A stretch of DNA of 64,000 nucleotides from Candidatus Eiseniibacteriota bacterium (GCA_034440375.1 JAWXBZ010000235.1:32788-96787), one strand, 5' to 3'. Positions 45,981 through 56,505 are shown, counted from the stretch's first letter. The notes: generated by a model from the letters alone, not told the origin. Translations and numbers: made by a program.

Positions 45981-48811
45981 GCCATCGCACCCTCTCGCGG
46001 CGCCGTTCCGTCCGCCCAACGCTCCCCACGCTGCTCCTTGGCGGACTGCTGCTTGTTCCGCCGGCTTCCGCGGCCCGGCGTCTCTTCGCCGATCCGGTGC
46101 AGGTCATCCCTCAGCCGACTTCGCCGGCTCACATTCTTGCCCACACGTTTCCCGGCGGCGTCCGGCGCCTCCTGATCACCAGCGTCCATCGCCAGGTTCA
46201 GATTCTCGACCCGACCGGGGCCAACCCCTGGCAGCCGCTCTCGGTCGTCGAGATGGACGGCGATCCCTCCGACAACAACACGAGCTACCACTCGCGGCTC
46301 CTGCTGGCGGACGTCAACGAGGACCAGATCGACGACATGATCCTTGACGGCCGGCCGATCTTCGTGGCGCCGGGTCGGCCCGACGGCACCTACGCGGCGC
46401 CATTCTCCTGGGAGATGCCGGGCGAGGGGCGGGAACTATTCGTGCAGGATGTCGACGGCGACGGCCATGTCGACCTCGTGCGCCCCAACTACGGCAACCG
46501 CCTGGTCATTGTCCGCGCCGGGCGTGGCGACGGTCGGTTCAACCCGGTCGCGTACGGGATTTCCGTTCCCTCCGAGTCCTTCCTGTTGGCCGCCGACATG
46601 ACCAGTGACGGTCTGATCGACCTGCTTCGAATTGGCGGGGATCGCGATTCGCTTTTCCTCGTCCGCTATGTCGCCGATGGTGCCGGTGGATTCGAGCGCA
46701 CCGTGACCAGCCCGCTCTCCTCGGATATCGATCAGGTGGTGGGCCTGGGGCGGATGGACGGTGATGACGAACCGGACCTTGTCACGGCCGAATATACCTA
46801 TGACTACACACTCCCGGACACGATCCCGAGTCCGTTCCCGATTCCAAGAGCGGGGATGTTCAGCCTCTCCGTTCATCCCGGGCTCGGGGATGGCCATTTT
46901 GCCGACCCGCTGGAGTCAGTCGCCTCGGAGCGGGCGGATTACTGGATGCTGTTCGATCTCGATGGTGACGGTCGGCTGGACGTGATCGCCCACGACGACG
47001 GCCACCTGTGGATGCATCGGAATGGCGGCGACGGCACGCTGGAACCGCGCGTCGACCTGGCCATGACCACCGGATCCGGCGTCCCGCACTTTCAGGATTT
47101 CGACGGTGACGGACGAGACGACATCCTGGTGACCGGCCCGGGGTCGCTCCGGCTGGTGACGCGGGCGGACATCGATCGATTCCCTGTTCCCCCAACCCTG
47201 GAGGTGCCGTTCGAAAACGACCGGCCGCTGCTGGTCGATCTGGATGGCGATGGAAGGCTCGACCTGGTCGGTGTCGGCCAGCCATACCGGGAAGGTGTGA
47301 CGGTGTTCACCCGACCTGGCCTTTCGGGCGGATCGTTCGGCGCGATCCGAACCATGACGTTTCCCCAGATTCCGGAGCGCCCGTCAAACCTTCGGGCCGT
47401 CGATCTCGATGGCGACGGTGACCTGGACCTCTTCGGCACCTCCGGCTTCCTGGAATCGACGGCCGTGATCTTCGAAAACGATGGGTCCGCGGGGTTCACG
47501 GCCGGGCCCCCGATGCCCCTCGGACATCGAGCGCAGTTCAACCGACTCGTCGGTGTCGATGGCGACGGAATGAACGAATTGCTAAGCGGGTCGTCGCGCT
47601 ACGTTTTCGGCGAGAGTGACAGCACCTTTCTCAATATTCTCCGCGTCTCGACGACGGGTCCGGTGACGCAATTGTGGCGTGTCGCGATCGCCGGTCGGCT
47701 GGAAGGTTTCCTGCCCGCGGATGTCGACAACGATGGCCGGTCCGAGCTCATCGCCTGGTCCGGTTTTTATCGGGAATCCGGCCTGCGCATCCTCCACCGC
47801 CGGGAGGGATTTTCATACCAGGCGGGTCCGCTCGAGCCGCTCCCGGATTATCCCGATTACATCCTTCCCGGGGACTGGCTCCCGGAGCCCGGACTCGAAC
47901 TGGTGGTGTCGGGTTTCCGCTACCTGTCCATCATGGCCCGGGATGCCGGTGGTGCCTGGACGATCCGGCAAATATTGTCAGATCGATCGCCCGGGAGGAC
48001 CGAATCCATACCCGACATGAATGGCGACGGGCGAGCGGAACTCAGCCTACATGGCAGCTCCAGCAGCTCACCCCTCACGCTCTACCTGAGCAATGACGTG
48101 ACCGGTTTCGCGGACGGCATCGAGGTGCCGTTCGCTTCGAGCGGTGGGATTTCGACCCTTGCCGACATTGACGCCGATGGTCAGCCCGATCTCATCTATT
48201 ACGAATCCGACACGCGGCTGGCCATTCGTTACGGCTTGCCGGTTGTGTCGCGCCCGGCGGTGGCCCTGACGGCCCTGGCCGATGACTGGTCGGTGATTCT
48301 CGACTGGACACTCTCGAATCCGCCCGCCGGGGAGGCCGAGATCTGGCGCGTCCCGGTCGGCACCACGACGGAATTGGAGGTGCGGCTCGATCCGGTTGCC
48401 CCCGTCACGACCGCCGGGCAGTTCACCGATAGCTCCATCCGGACCGCCGGCCGTTACCGCTATCGACTCGTTCACCGCGATCCGGACGGGTATGGTCAGA
48501 CACTCGGCGCCATCGAGGTGGAGGTGCAACCTGATCCGGGTCCACTTCGTCTCCTGTCGGTCCGGGCCAGCCCGGGGCCGGGGCCGTTTCGGTTGACCTA
48601 CGAGGTCCGCGCGACGACCCGGGCCATGCTGGAAATATTCGCCGTCACCGGCCGTCGGATCGTGACACACGATCTCGGAATTCTTCCTCCCTCGCGCGGC
48701 GAGGTGGAGTGGAACGGGCGGGGCGATGACGGTCGCCCGGTCGCCTCGGGGATTTATTTCGCACGGCTGGCCCGAACGTCCAGGGCGCTGCGGCTGGTTG
48801 TCCTGCGCTGA
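45977..48811 (+). CDS. FG-GAP/VCBS repeat protein with FlgD-like C-terminal domain
   Basis: Signal peptide, DLDGDGRLD repeats, IFAVTGRRI..WNGRGDDGRPVASGIYF. Confidence 0.87.
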   Translation: MSHRTLSRRRSVRPTLPTLLLGGLLLVPPASAARRLFADPVQVIPQPTSPAHILAHTFPGGVRRLLITSVHRQVQILDPTGANPWQPLSVVEMDGDPSDNNTSYHSRLLLADVNEDQIDDMILDGRPIFVAPGRPDGTYAAPFSWEMPGEGRELFVQDVDGDGHVDLVRPNYGNRLVIVRAGRGDGRFNPVAYGISVPSESFLLAADMTSDGLIDLLRIGGDRDSLFLVRYVADGAGGFERTVTSPLSSDIDQVVGLGRMDGDDEPDLVTAEYTYDYTLPDTIPSPFPIPRAGMFSLSVHPGLGDGHFADPLESVASERADYWMLFDLDGDGRLDVIAHDDGHLWMHRNGGDGTLEPRVDLAMTTGSGVPHFQDFDGDGRDDILVTGPGSLRLVTRADIDRFPVPPTLEVPFENDRPLLVDLDGDGRLDLVGVGQPYREGVTVFTRPGLSGGSFGAIRTMTFPQIPERPSNLRAVDLDGDGDLDLFGTSGFLESTAVIFENDGSAGFTAGPPMPLGHRAQFNRLVGVDGDGMNELLSGSSRYVFGESDSTFLNILRVSTTGPVTQLWRVAIAGRLEGFLPADVDNDGRSELIAWSGFYRESGLRILHRREGFSYQAGPLEPLPDYPDYILPGDWLPEPGLELVVSGFRYLSIMARDAGGAWTIRQILSDRSPGRTESIPDMNGDGRAELSLHGSSSSSPLTLYLSNDVTGFADGIEVPFASSGGISTLADIDADGQPDLIYYESDTRLAIRYGLPVVSRPAVALTALADDWSVILDWTLSNPPAGEAEIWRVPVGTTTELEVRLDPVAPVTTAGQFTDSSIRTAGRYRYRLVHRDPDGYGQTLGAIEVEVQPDPGPLRLLSVRASPGPGPFRLTYEVRATTRAMLEIFAVTGRRIVTHDLGILPPSRGEVEWNGRGDDGRPVASGIYFARLARTSRALRLVVLR

Positions 48812-48919
48812 TTCGCCCGGCCGCCGCCGTGCCCGAACGGACTCAACCCGGCCCACTTGGCGACCCACTCCCAACCACGTAACCTTCCGCCTTCCAATTC
48901 CCCGGAGGATGGGTCCCGA

Positions 48920-51478
48920 ATGATGCTGAATCGCACCTGTTGCCCGTTGTCTCTCGGCCGCTGGATTCTGGCCGGCCTGGCCGTCGTTGTTCTCCAGACC
49001 CCCGCGCTCGCCGCCGACGTCGCCCCGCGCCCACCCCTGAATGCCGCCGAGATCGACATGGCCTTGAAGCGGTTGTCGGTGGTCGGTACGGCGCTTTACG
49101 TGGCGGCGCATCCCGATGATGAGAACACGGCCATGCTCACCTGGCTCGAGAACGTGAAGGGGGTGCGGGCGGCGTACATCTCCATGACGCGGGGCGATGG
49201 CGGGCAGAACCTGATCGGCAACGAAAAGGGAGATCTGCTCGGCCTGATCCGGACGCAGGAACTCCTGGCGGCCCGGCGGATCGACGGGGCCGAGCAGTTC
49301 TTTACGCGGGCCATCGACTTCGGCTATTCGAAAACTCCGGAGGAGACGCTTGATTTCTGGGGCCGCGAGATCGTTCTGGCCGATCTGGTGCGGACGATCC
49401 GGCTGTTGCGCCCGGACATCGTCATCAATCGATTCCCGACAACAGGCGAGGGGGGGCACGGTCATCACACGGCCTCCGCCATCCTGTCCGTTGAAGCATT
49501 CGAGGCAGCCGGCGATCCCGGCCGGTTTCCCGAGCAGGTGGCGCGGTACGGCACCTGGACGCCGAAGCGGGCCTTCTTCAACTGGTTCACCTGGACGGGG
49601 CCACCCGATTCGGCCACCGCGCGTGAACTGGTCCAGGTGGATGTGGGCGACTACGCGCCGCTGCTTGGCAAGTCCTCCAACGAACTCGCCGCCGACAGCC
49701 GCAGCATGCACAAGAGCCAGGGGTTCGGCTCGGCGGAGCGGCGCGGCCATCAGCTCAACTATTTCCGCGTGGTGGCCGGGGATACGACAACTACGGATCC
49801 TTTCGAAGGAATCGATCTCTCGTGGAATCGCGTGGCCGGCGGCAAACGAATCGGATCGATGATCGAATCGATCCGGGACGATTTCGATCCGCGGAGCCCG
49901 TCGGCCAGCCTTCCGGCGTTGGCAAGCCTTTACGGGGCCATAGCCAGCCTCCCCGATGCGGGCGGGCGAACCGGCAACGCGGAAACGATTGCCCGAAAGC
50001 TGGGCGACCTGCGCGAAATCATCCGTTCCTGCGCCGGACTCTGGCTCGAGGCGGTGTCCGTGGAGGTGGCAGTTTCAGGCGGGGATTCGCTTCACGTCAC
50101 GGCCACCGCGGTCAATCGAAGCGCCGGATCCATTCAGTTCACCCGGGCCACGCTGGACCTCGCCGGGCACCCATCGGTGGTTCGAATCGAATCCGGCCGT
50201 CCGCTGGCCGACAACACGCCAATCTCGCTGCCCATGGGCCTCGTGATCCCGAACGACATCGACTGGACGGCAACGCAACCCTACTGGTTGCGGAAGCCGC
50301 ACGAGCGCGGTTCCCATGTTCTGGATGACACCTCGATCCTGAATCACCCCGACAACGATCCGGTGGCGGTCATGCATTTCGAGATGGTCGTGTCGGGGCA
50401 GCCGATGACCTGGGACGTGCCGGTCGTGAACCGCGCCGTCGATCGGGTGAAGGGAGAGTTGTACCGACCACTGGCTGTCGTGCCGCCGGTCACCGCCCAT
50501 CTCGATCAGCAGGTCTATCTCTTTGCCGATCGGCAGCCGCGGCCGGTCACGGTGACGGTGACATCCCGCCGCACCGGAAACGGCACGGTTCAGCTCGAAA
50601 TGCCCGACGGTTGGAGCGTCAACCCGGCTTCGGCACCGCTCCGGCTGACTGCCGCCGGCCCGCCGGTGCCGGTGACCTTCCAGGTGACGCCGCCTGTGGC
50701 GACCTCGCCGGCCACCCCTCCGGTCATGACCGCGCGGGTCGATCTGGACGGCACGTCATACCGGCAGGACCAGGTCACGATCGAGTACGACCACCTGCCA
50801 CGACAGACGGTCTTTCCAGGGGCGGAGGCCAAAGTGGTGCGCCTGGATCTGGCCACTCGTGGTCAGAAGATCGGCTATGTCATGGGCCCGGGTGATGAGA
50901 TCCCGCCGGTCCTGACGCAGGCCGGCTACCGTGTCGACCTGCTCACGGACGCCGATCTCAATGCCGCGCGCCTCGCGGCCTACGACGCGGTCGTCATCGG
51001 CATCCGGGCCTACAACTCGCGCGACGGGCTGAAGCGACGCAATGGCCAGATTCTCCAGTATGCCGAGGCGGGCGGTACGGTCATCGTCCAGTACAACACG
51101 GCCGATAACACCTTTCACCGGGAGTTTGCGCCCTTTCCGCTGAAGCTCGGTCGCGATCGCGTCACGGTGGAAGAGGCGCCGATCACGCTACTCGAACCGG
51201 AAAATTCATTGCTGACCACGCCCAACCGGATCGCCGCGTCGGACTTCGACGGCTGGGTGCAGGAGCGCGGCCTCTACTTCGCCTCCGAGTGGGATCCGAA
51301 GTTCACGCCGCTCCTCTCCAGCAACGATCCGGGTGAACCGGAGCGGAAGGGGGGGCTGCTCGCGGCGCGAACCGGCAAGGGAATGTTCATCTACACCGGC
51401 TACGCCTTTTTCCGGCAGCTGCCGGCCGGGAATCCGGGCGCCATCCGGCTCTTCGTCAATCTCGTCTCGGCCGAATGA
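48920..51478 (+). CDS. Secreted PIG-L/LmbE family deacetylase with GATase-like C-terminus
   Basis: AAHPDDEN, TRGDGGQN, RTQELLAARRIDG, DFGYSK, HGHH, GWVQERGLYF. Confidence 0.9.
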   Translation: MMLNRTCCPLSLGRWILAGLAVVVLQTPALAADVAPRPPLNAAEIDMALKRLSVVGTALYVAAHPDDENTAMLTWLENVKGVRAAYISMTRGDGGQNLIGNEKGDLLGLIRTQELLAARRIDGAEQFFTRAIDFGYSKTPEETLDFWGREIVLADLVRTIRLLRPDIVINRFPTTGEGGHGHHTASAILSVEAFEAAGDPGRFPEQVARYGTWTPKRAFFNWFTWTGPPDSATARELVQVDVGDYAPLLGKSSNELAADSRSMHKSQGFGSAERRGHQLNYFRVVAGDTTTTDPFEGIDLSWNRVAGGKRIGSMIESIRDDFDPRSPSASLPALASLYGAIASLPDAGGRTGNAETIARKLGDLREIIRSCAGLWLEAVSVEVAVSGGDSLHVTATAVNRSAGSIQFTRATLDLAGHPSVVRIESGRPLADNTPISLPMGLVIPNDIDWTATQPYWLRKPHERGSHVLDDTSILNHPDNDPVAVMHFEMVVSGQPMTWDVPVVNRAVDRVKGELYRPLAVVPPVTAHLDQQVYLFADRQPRPVTVTVTSRRTGNGTVQLEMPDGWSVNPASAPLRLTAAGPPVPVTFQVTPPVATSPATPPVMTARVDLDGTSYRQDQVTIEYDHLPRQTVFPGAEAKVVRLDLATRGQKIGYVMGPGDEIPPVLTQAGYRVDLLTDADLNAARLAAYDAVVIGIRAYNSRDGLKRRNGQILQYAEAGGTVIVQYNTADNTFHREFAPFPLKLGRDRVTVEEAPITLLEPENSLLTTPNRIAASDFDGWVQERGLYFASEWDPKFTPLLSSNDPGEPERKGGLLAARTGKGMFIYTGYAFFRQLPAGNPGAIRLFVNLVSAE

Positions 51479-51621
51479 ACGGGCGTCCGGACGGCGAACG
51501 CCGCGTTGAAGACGAGCCGCCACCGCCCGGCGGCAGCTGGAATCGCCTCTACGCGGTGGTCATCGGCTTTCTCATCCTGCAGATCATCGCCTACTGGCTC
51601 TTCACGAGGGCCTTTTCGTGA
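51475..51621 (+). CDS. 48-aa single-TM protein (not in ORF track)
   Basis: MNGRPDGERRVEDEPPPPGGSWNRLYAVVIGFLILQIIAYWLFTRAFS; 4-nt overlaps with both neighbours. Confidence 0.8.
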   Translation: MNGRPDGERRVEDEPPPPGGSWNRLYAVVIGFLILQIIAYWLFTRAFS

Positions 51622-53327
51622 GGATGCTGGACTGGTTCGTCCTGATCAGCTTTCTGGTGGGGATGGTCGTGTACGGCCTCTGGAGGGGGCGACGCCAGTC
51701 GAGCCTCGACGGCTACCTGCTGTCCGACCGCGACATGCGCTGGACGACGGTCTGCCTGTCGATCATGGCCACGCAGGCCAGTGCCATCACGTTTCTCTCC
51801 ACGCCGGGGCAGGCTTATGTGGACGGAATGCGTTTCGTGCAGTTCTATTTCGGGCTACCCCTGGCGATGATCGTTCTCAGCATCACTGCCGTGCCGATCT
51901 TCCATCGGCTCAAGGTGTACACGGCCTACGAGTACCTGGAGGGGCGCTTCGATCTGAAGACACGGACGCTGGCGGCCGGACTTTTCCTGATCCAGCGCGG
52001 ACTCGCCTGCGGACTCACGATCTACGCCCCGGCGCTGATCCTGTCCGTGCTGCTCGGTTGGAGCCTCTTCTGGACCAACATTGCCCTCGGGGTGCTGGTG
52101 GTCATCTACACCGCCTCCGGCGGCACCCGGGCCGTCAACCATACCAACTCGCTGCAGATGATCATGATCCTGTTCGGCGTCCTGGCCGTACTCATCCTGA
52201 CCATCATCCGGCTGCCGCCCGGCATGTCGGTGGGGGATGCCGTCTGGATGGCCGGCACGATGGGAAAGCTCAACGCGATCGACACGTCGTTCGACTGGAA
52301 CAGCCGTTACAACCTCTGGTCCGGCCTGATCGGCGGCTTTTTCCTGGCGCTCTCCTACTTCGGCACGGACCAGAGCCAGGTGGGACGCTACCTTTCCGGC
52401 CAATCGATCACCCAGAGCCGGCTTGGTCTTCTGGCCAACGGCATGGTGAAAGTGCCGATGCAGTTTGTCATCCTGTTTTCCGGTGCCATGGTTTTCGTCT
52501 TCTATCTCTTCACGCCGCCGCCGGTCTTCTTCAACTCGCTTTCGGTGGATCGGGTCAGGAGTTCCGCGCACGCCAGTGAATTTGCCGCTGCCGAGCGAGA
52601 GTACGGCGTCGCGCACGCCGAACGCCGCGAGGCGCTGGAAGAACTGTCGAACCTTCGTCACGCCCCACCAAGCCAGCCGATGCTGGCCGACACGCAAACT
52701 GACTTGAATGAGCGCGTCACCAGCGCGGACCAGCGGGCCGGAGCGGCCCGTGGCAAGGCCATCGACGCCATCCAGGCCGCGGATCCCGGGGCGGAACGGC
52801 GCGACGTCAATTACATCTTCCTGACGTTTGTCCTGAACCACCTGCCGATCGGCTTCATCGGCCTGGTACTGGCGTGCGTCTTCGCGGCATCGATGTCATC
52901 GACGGCCGCGGAGTTGAATGCTCTCGCTTCGACGACGGTGGTCGACTTCTACCGCCGGAGCATCAAGCCGAATGCCGGGGACAGGGAGCTGGTCCGGGTC
53001 TCGAAACTTTCGACACTGATGTGGGGCGGCTTCGCCATTCTCTTCGCCGAGTTTGCCAGCAAGCTGGGGAGCCTGATCGAGGCGGTCAACATCCTCGGCA
53101 GCCTTTTTTACGGCACGATCCTCGGCATCTTTCTGCTGGCGTTTTACGTTAAGCGGACCGGTGGAACGGCGGTCTTCGTGGGGGCGTTGATCGGGGAGGC
53201 GGTGGTGGTGGGCTTCTTTGCGTTCTCGAAGATTTCATTTCTCTGGTACAACGTGATCGGCTGCCTGGTCACAATGGCGGCGGCGTGGATCCTGTCGTGG
53301 ATCCCCGCCACCGCCAGAAAAACCTGA
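51618..53327 (+). CDS. Sodium:solute symporter
   Basis: SIMATQASAITFLSTPGQ, TAYEYLEGRF, YFGTDQSQVGRYL, FAASMSS; many TMs. Confidence 0.93.
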   Translation: MRMLDWFVLISFLVGMVVYGLWRGRRQSSLDGYLLSDRDMRWTTVCLSIMATQASAITFLSTPGQAYVDGMRFVQFYFGLPLAMIVLSITAVPIFHRLKVYTAYEYLEGRFDLKTRTLAAGLFLIQRGLACGLTIYAPALILSVLLGWSLFWTNIALGVLVVIYTASGGTRAVNHTNSLQMIMILFGVLAVLILTIIRLPPGMSVGDAVWMAGTMGKLNAIDTSFDWNSRYNLWSGLIGGFFLALSYFGTDQSQVGRYLSGQSITQSRLGLLANGMVKVPMQFVILFSGAMVFVFYLFTPPPVFFNSLSVDRVRSSAHASEFAAAEREYGVAHAERREALEELSNLRHAPPSQPMLADTQTDLNERVTSADQRAGAARGKAIDAIQAADPGAERRDVNYIFLTFVLNHLPIGFIGLVLACVFAASMSSTAAELNALASTTVVDFYRRSIKPNAGDRELVRVSKLSTLMWGGFAILFAEFASKLGSLIEAVNILGSLFYGTILGIFLLAFYVKRTGGTAVFVGALIGEAVVVGFFAFSKISFLWYNVIGCLVTMAAAWILSWIPATARKT

Positions 53328-53330
53328 TTC

Positions 53331-54218
53331 CTACTTCGACTTCTTCCACTCGGCGATCAACACTTCCATCTTGGCCATCTCCTCCGGGGGCGCCTCCGAC
53401 TTCTTGCCCGCCTCGATGCACTTCTTTGCGTGCTCGATGGCTCCCTTTTTGTCACCTGCCGCCGCCAGCATGTTGGCCTTCAGGCGATGGTTCAGCCAGG
53501 TCGGCTTGATGGCGATCGATTTGTCCACCCACATCGCGGCCTCGTCCAGCGCCACCTTGTTGTCGAAGGCAAACGCGGCGGCGCGATAGGCCGTGGTGCT
53601 GTCGGTGGGCGAGAGGGAGGCCATGGCCTTCCGGGCGCTGGCCAGGGCCGTCTCGATCGTTGACACCTCGATGGTGAGAGGCACGCGCTTCTTTTCCCAG
53701 TCCAGGGCCAGGAGCGCCTTCTCGTTCGTCACCTCGGGAATGCTGAACATCATCCATTCGATCATGTCGTGCGAGACGGGTGTAACGGTCACCCGCAGGG
53801 CATCGCTCTTCTGGTCATAGTCGTAGCTCCCCCAGAGATCGGCCGACTTGTTGAAGATGATCGTCCAGTCGCCGGCCGTGGGAATGGTGTGCAGGCTGTA
53901 CTCGCCCGCCGGCAGCATCTGGCCGTTGATCTTGACGTCGGTCGAGAAGGTGATCGCGGTGGCCTCATTGGCTCCGGTGCGCCACACCTGGTCATACGGA
54001 ACGAGTCCGCCCCAGATGGCGCGCCCTTTGACGCCTGGCCGGCTGTAGACGATCTTGACGTCGGTCAGCCCGATCCGCTGCTCCAGCGTCGACTTCTGGC
54101 TTGGACGGGGGAGCTGAAGCGTCGGGGCGGCGGACTGCGCGGTGACGATCGGGGCCGCAAGGCCCAGCAGGGCAAAGGCTGTGAGGGTGGTCGCAAGTGT
54201 GCGCGTCATGTGTTTCAC
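53331..54218 (-). CDS. DUF2911 domain secreted protein
   Basis: PRPSQ, YSRPGVKGRAIWGGLVPYDQVWRTGANEAT; GGAGG RBS; start GTG 54218 or ATG 54209. Confidence 0.88.
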   Translation of the reverse strand: MKHMTRTLATTLTAFALLGLAAPIVTAQSAAPTLQLPRPSQKSTLEQRIGLTDVKIVYSRPGVKGRAIWGGLVPYDQVWRTGANEATAITFSTDVKINGQMLPAGEYSLHTIPTAGDWTIIFNKSADLWGSYDYDQKSDALRVTVTPVSHDMIEWMMFSIPEVTNEKALLALDWEKKRVPLTIEVSTIETALASARKAMASLSPTDSTTAYRAAAFAFDNKVALDEAAMWVDKSIAIKPTWLNHRLKANMLAAAGDKKGAIEHAKKCIEAGKKSEAPPEEMAKMEVLIAEWKKSK

Positions 54219-54244
54219 GATTGGTTTTACCTCCTGAATCAGGT

Positions 54245-54907
54245 TTAGTTGTACGTGGCCGAAAGACGAATAGCGAATGCCGATCCGGTGATGTCCTGGT
54301 CTTCGTTGTCCGTGGGAATGGAATAGAGATTGAGCCCCGCGGCCACGCCGAGCCCCCACTTGTTTCCGACCCACCACTCTTTTCCGATCGTGAGGTCGAC
54401 TGCGATGCCGGTGTCGGACTCTTCCTCATCGCGGTCAAGCTCCAGCGTCATGGTGGCGGCGCACAGCGAACCCGACAGGTACAGGTTGACGGGCATGAAA
54501 TAGTAGGTGAGGCCGGGCCCGAACATCGAGAGGCTCATCAAGGCGTCGTCGGTGTCACCCTTGAATCCACCGATCTCGACGTCCGGATTGCTGACGCTCC
54601 ATCCCCCCAGCGTGGCATGCAGCGCCAGGTTTCGACTGACCGTCCCGCCGATCGCGAAGTTGACATCGCCGGATGTTCCGGACAGCTTCAGATCCCCGCT
54701 CGGAAGCTCTGGAAACCGCCTGAACACATCGTCAAATGTCGCGCTCGCCGCCCCCGCGCCCGCCGAGAGCCGCAGAAAAAAAGCCTTGTCATGCTGCCGC
54801 GGCTCGTTGGCCCGGGCGGGCATGACCGCAAGGAGGCCCCCGAAGAGGCCCAGAACAAGCTTGTGGCTGACATTCAGCCGGGCCAAGAACCCACTGGATC
54901 GACTCAT
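54245..54907 (-). CDS. Putative small outer-membrane beta-barrel protein
   Basis: Signal peptide, alternating beta strands, GKEWWV, C-terminal LSATYN. Confidence 0.7.
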   Translation of the reverse strand: MSRSSGFLARLNVSHKLVLGLFGGLLAVMPARANEPRQHDKAFFLRLSAGAGAASATFDDVFRRFPELPSGDLKLSGTSGDVNFAIGGTVSRNLALHATLGGWSVSNPDVEIGGFKGDTDDALMSLSMFGPGLTYYFMPVNLYLSGSLCAATMTLELDRDEEESDTGIAVDLTIGKEWWVGNKWGLGVAAGLNLYSIPTDNEDQDITGSAFAIRLSATYN

Positions 54908-55029
54908 CGAAGCCCCCTCCTGATACGTCCGGTCACCGGCCCAAGTCAGCGGGCCGGCAGGGATGATAGGGAGGGGGATGGGGGGTGTCCAGCGGTTGGG
55001 TGGGACAGGATCAGCCGATACCGAACGCG

Positions 55030-55239
55030 CTAAGCAGCCTGCCCGCTCTCCGGGCGTGGTGGGCGGGGGGGATGGTTCACCGGAACCCTACCCGCCTCCC
55101 GCTGACGCTGGCGCAACTGCTCACAAAGGGCATGGAGATCGCCGCCGAATTCCTTGACAATTCGATCGCGCGTGGCATGGATCTCGGCGACAATCGGGTC
55201 CACCCACGGGACCTGCCGTTCGTCAGGGGATGTCGACAT
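55030..55239 (-). CDS. Putative antitoxin downstream of PIN toxin
   Basis: DPIVAEIHATR..FGGDLHAL; overlaps the PIN gene. Confidence 0.7.
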   Translation of the reverse strand: MSTSPDERQVPWVDPIVAEIHATRDRIVKEFGGDLHALCEQLRQRQREAGRVPVNHPPRPPRPESGQAA

Positions 55240-55720
55240 CTGAGGACTCCTCTCCCATCAATTCATCTGGCGTACACAAGATAGGTGGCTCGTACCCAGC
55301 GCGCCGACACACGGCTTCGACGACCGGTCGTTTTTCCGCGTTCGCGATGTGAGCCGAGTTCCAAGTCAGCAGGTACGAAGCGCCCTGGCTGGCCGCAATG
55401 GCGATGTGCACTGCATCCGCCCGGGCCCTTGCGGGAAGGGCGGCACCCGACAACAAGGCTGCTGCGAGTCTCTCAGCCTCGGGAGCTATTTCGACCGAGC
55501 GCAGGCCCGCCAGAACTCCCGCCCGCCGGGCAGCAGCGTTTGGGTCGCCGTCCGCGCATTCGAGATGCACCAATTCCGATACCACAAGGTCGAAAGCAGC
55601 GCGACGACGGTCCCACCACTCCCGTGTCAGTTGCTGTCGCCCCGCCACGATCACGTCCCGTGATGGCAACGCAACCAGATAGCTGATCACCGACGTCTCC
55701 AGATACACAAGCGCAGCCAT
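55223..55720 (-). CDS. PIN-domain (VapC-like) toxin
   Basis: VYLETSVISYL, DAVHIAIA, YLLTWNSAHIANA, PILCTPDEL. Confidence 0.88.
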   Translation of the reverse strand: MAALVYLETSVISYLVALPSRDVIVAGRQQLTREWWDRRRAAFDLVVSELVHLECADGDPNAAARRAGVLAGLRSVEIAPEAERLAAALLSGAALPARARADAVHIAIAASQGASYLLTWNSAHIANAEKRPVVEAVCRRAGYEPPILCTPDELMGEESSDVDIP

Positions 55721-55820
55721 AGCACAAGTTTACTCCAGGGAGCAGGATCCTGGTACTGTCGGGACTCTCTTGATCAACAGGCTCTGGACGCCTCAGAACC
55801 GAATGCGGTAAGACTCGCCC

Positions 55821-56084
55821 ATGGCGCGAATTACGATTGGAGCGATATCGGGCAAGGGGCGCAAGCTGAGTCGCCAGCGGCGATTGCGCCAGATCAAATT
55901 GGCACGACGGTATGCTGTTGCCGTCGAGGGAGCGACAGGTACAGATCCAAAGTCGGATCTCCTTGCGGCGTTTGATGCATGCGTTGGGGTATGGGAGGGT
56001 AGAAGGGACCTAGGCTCCACGCGCCAATATGTTCGGCGCCTGCGTCGCGGGTCAGGACGCCGATGGCGGATTTCCAGGGGGTGA
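55821..56084 (+). CDS. Hypothetical protein, possible orphan antitoxin remnant
   Basis: C-terminal GVWEGRRDLGSTRQYVRRLRRG resembles VapB tails; no toxin follows. Confidence 0.3.
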   Translation: MARITIGAISGKGRKLSRQRRLRQIKLARRYAVAVEGATGTDPKSDLLAAFDACVGVWEGRRDLGSTRQYVRRLRRGSGRRWRISRG

Positions 56085-56154
56085 GGCTACCCCCCCCCGG
56101 CACCGGTTTCCAGAGTTGGGACTCCCATACAAGGTCACACCCCACAGAAACCGG

Positions 56155-56183
56155 TTGAGCGCTCCGCCTCCCTGTGCTAAGTT
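56155..56183 (+). promoter_or_regulatory. Putative promoter of tRNA cluster
   Basis: TTGAGC-17 nt-TAAGTT with extended TG. Confidence 0.55.
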
Positions 56184-56210
56184 CTTCCGTCCGTTAAACT
56201 ACGCGGGCCC

Positions 56211-56302
<92 letters not shown>

Positions 56303-56366
56303 GATGAAATGAGTACGGGGGTGGACCGGGAGTTCCTGCCTGGTCGGCCTCTTTCCGTGAAACTTC

Positions 56367-56456
56367 GGAGAGGTGTCCGAGTGGCTCAAGGAGCACGCTT
56401 GGAAAGCGTGTATACGGGTAACCGTATCGAGGGTTCGAATCCCTCTCTCTCCGCCA
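56367..56456 (+). tRNA. tRNA-Ser(GGA)
   Basis: Anticodon loop TTGGAAA, long variable arm, CCA. Confidence 0.95.
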
Positions 56457-56505
56457 CCATGTCAGGCCAGTCGGGGCGCCCGAAGGGGCGCCCTCAGGAT
56501 TCGAT

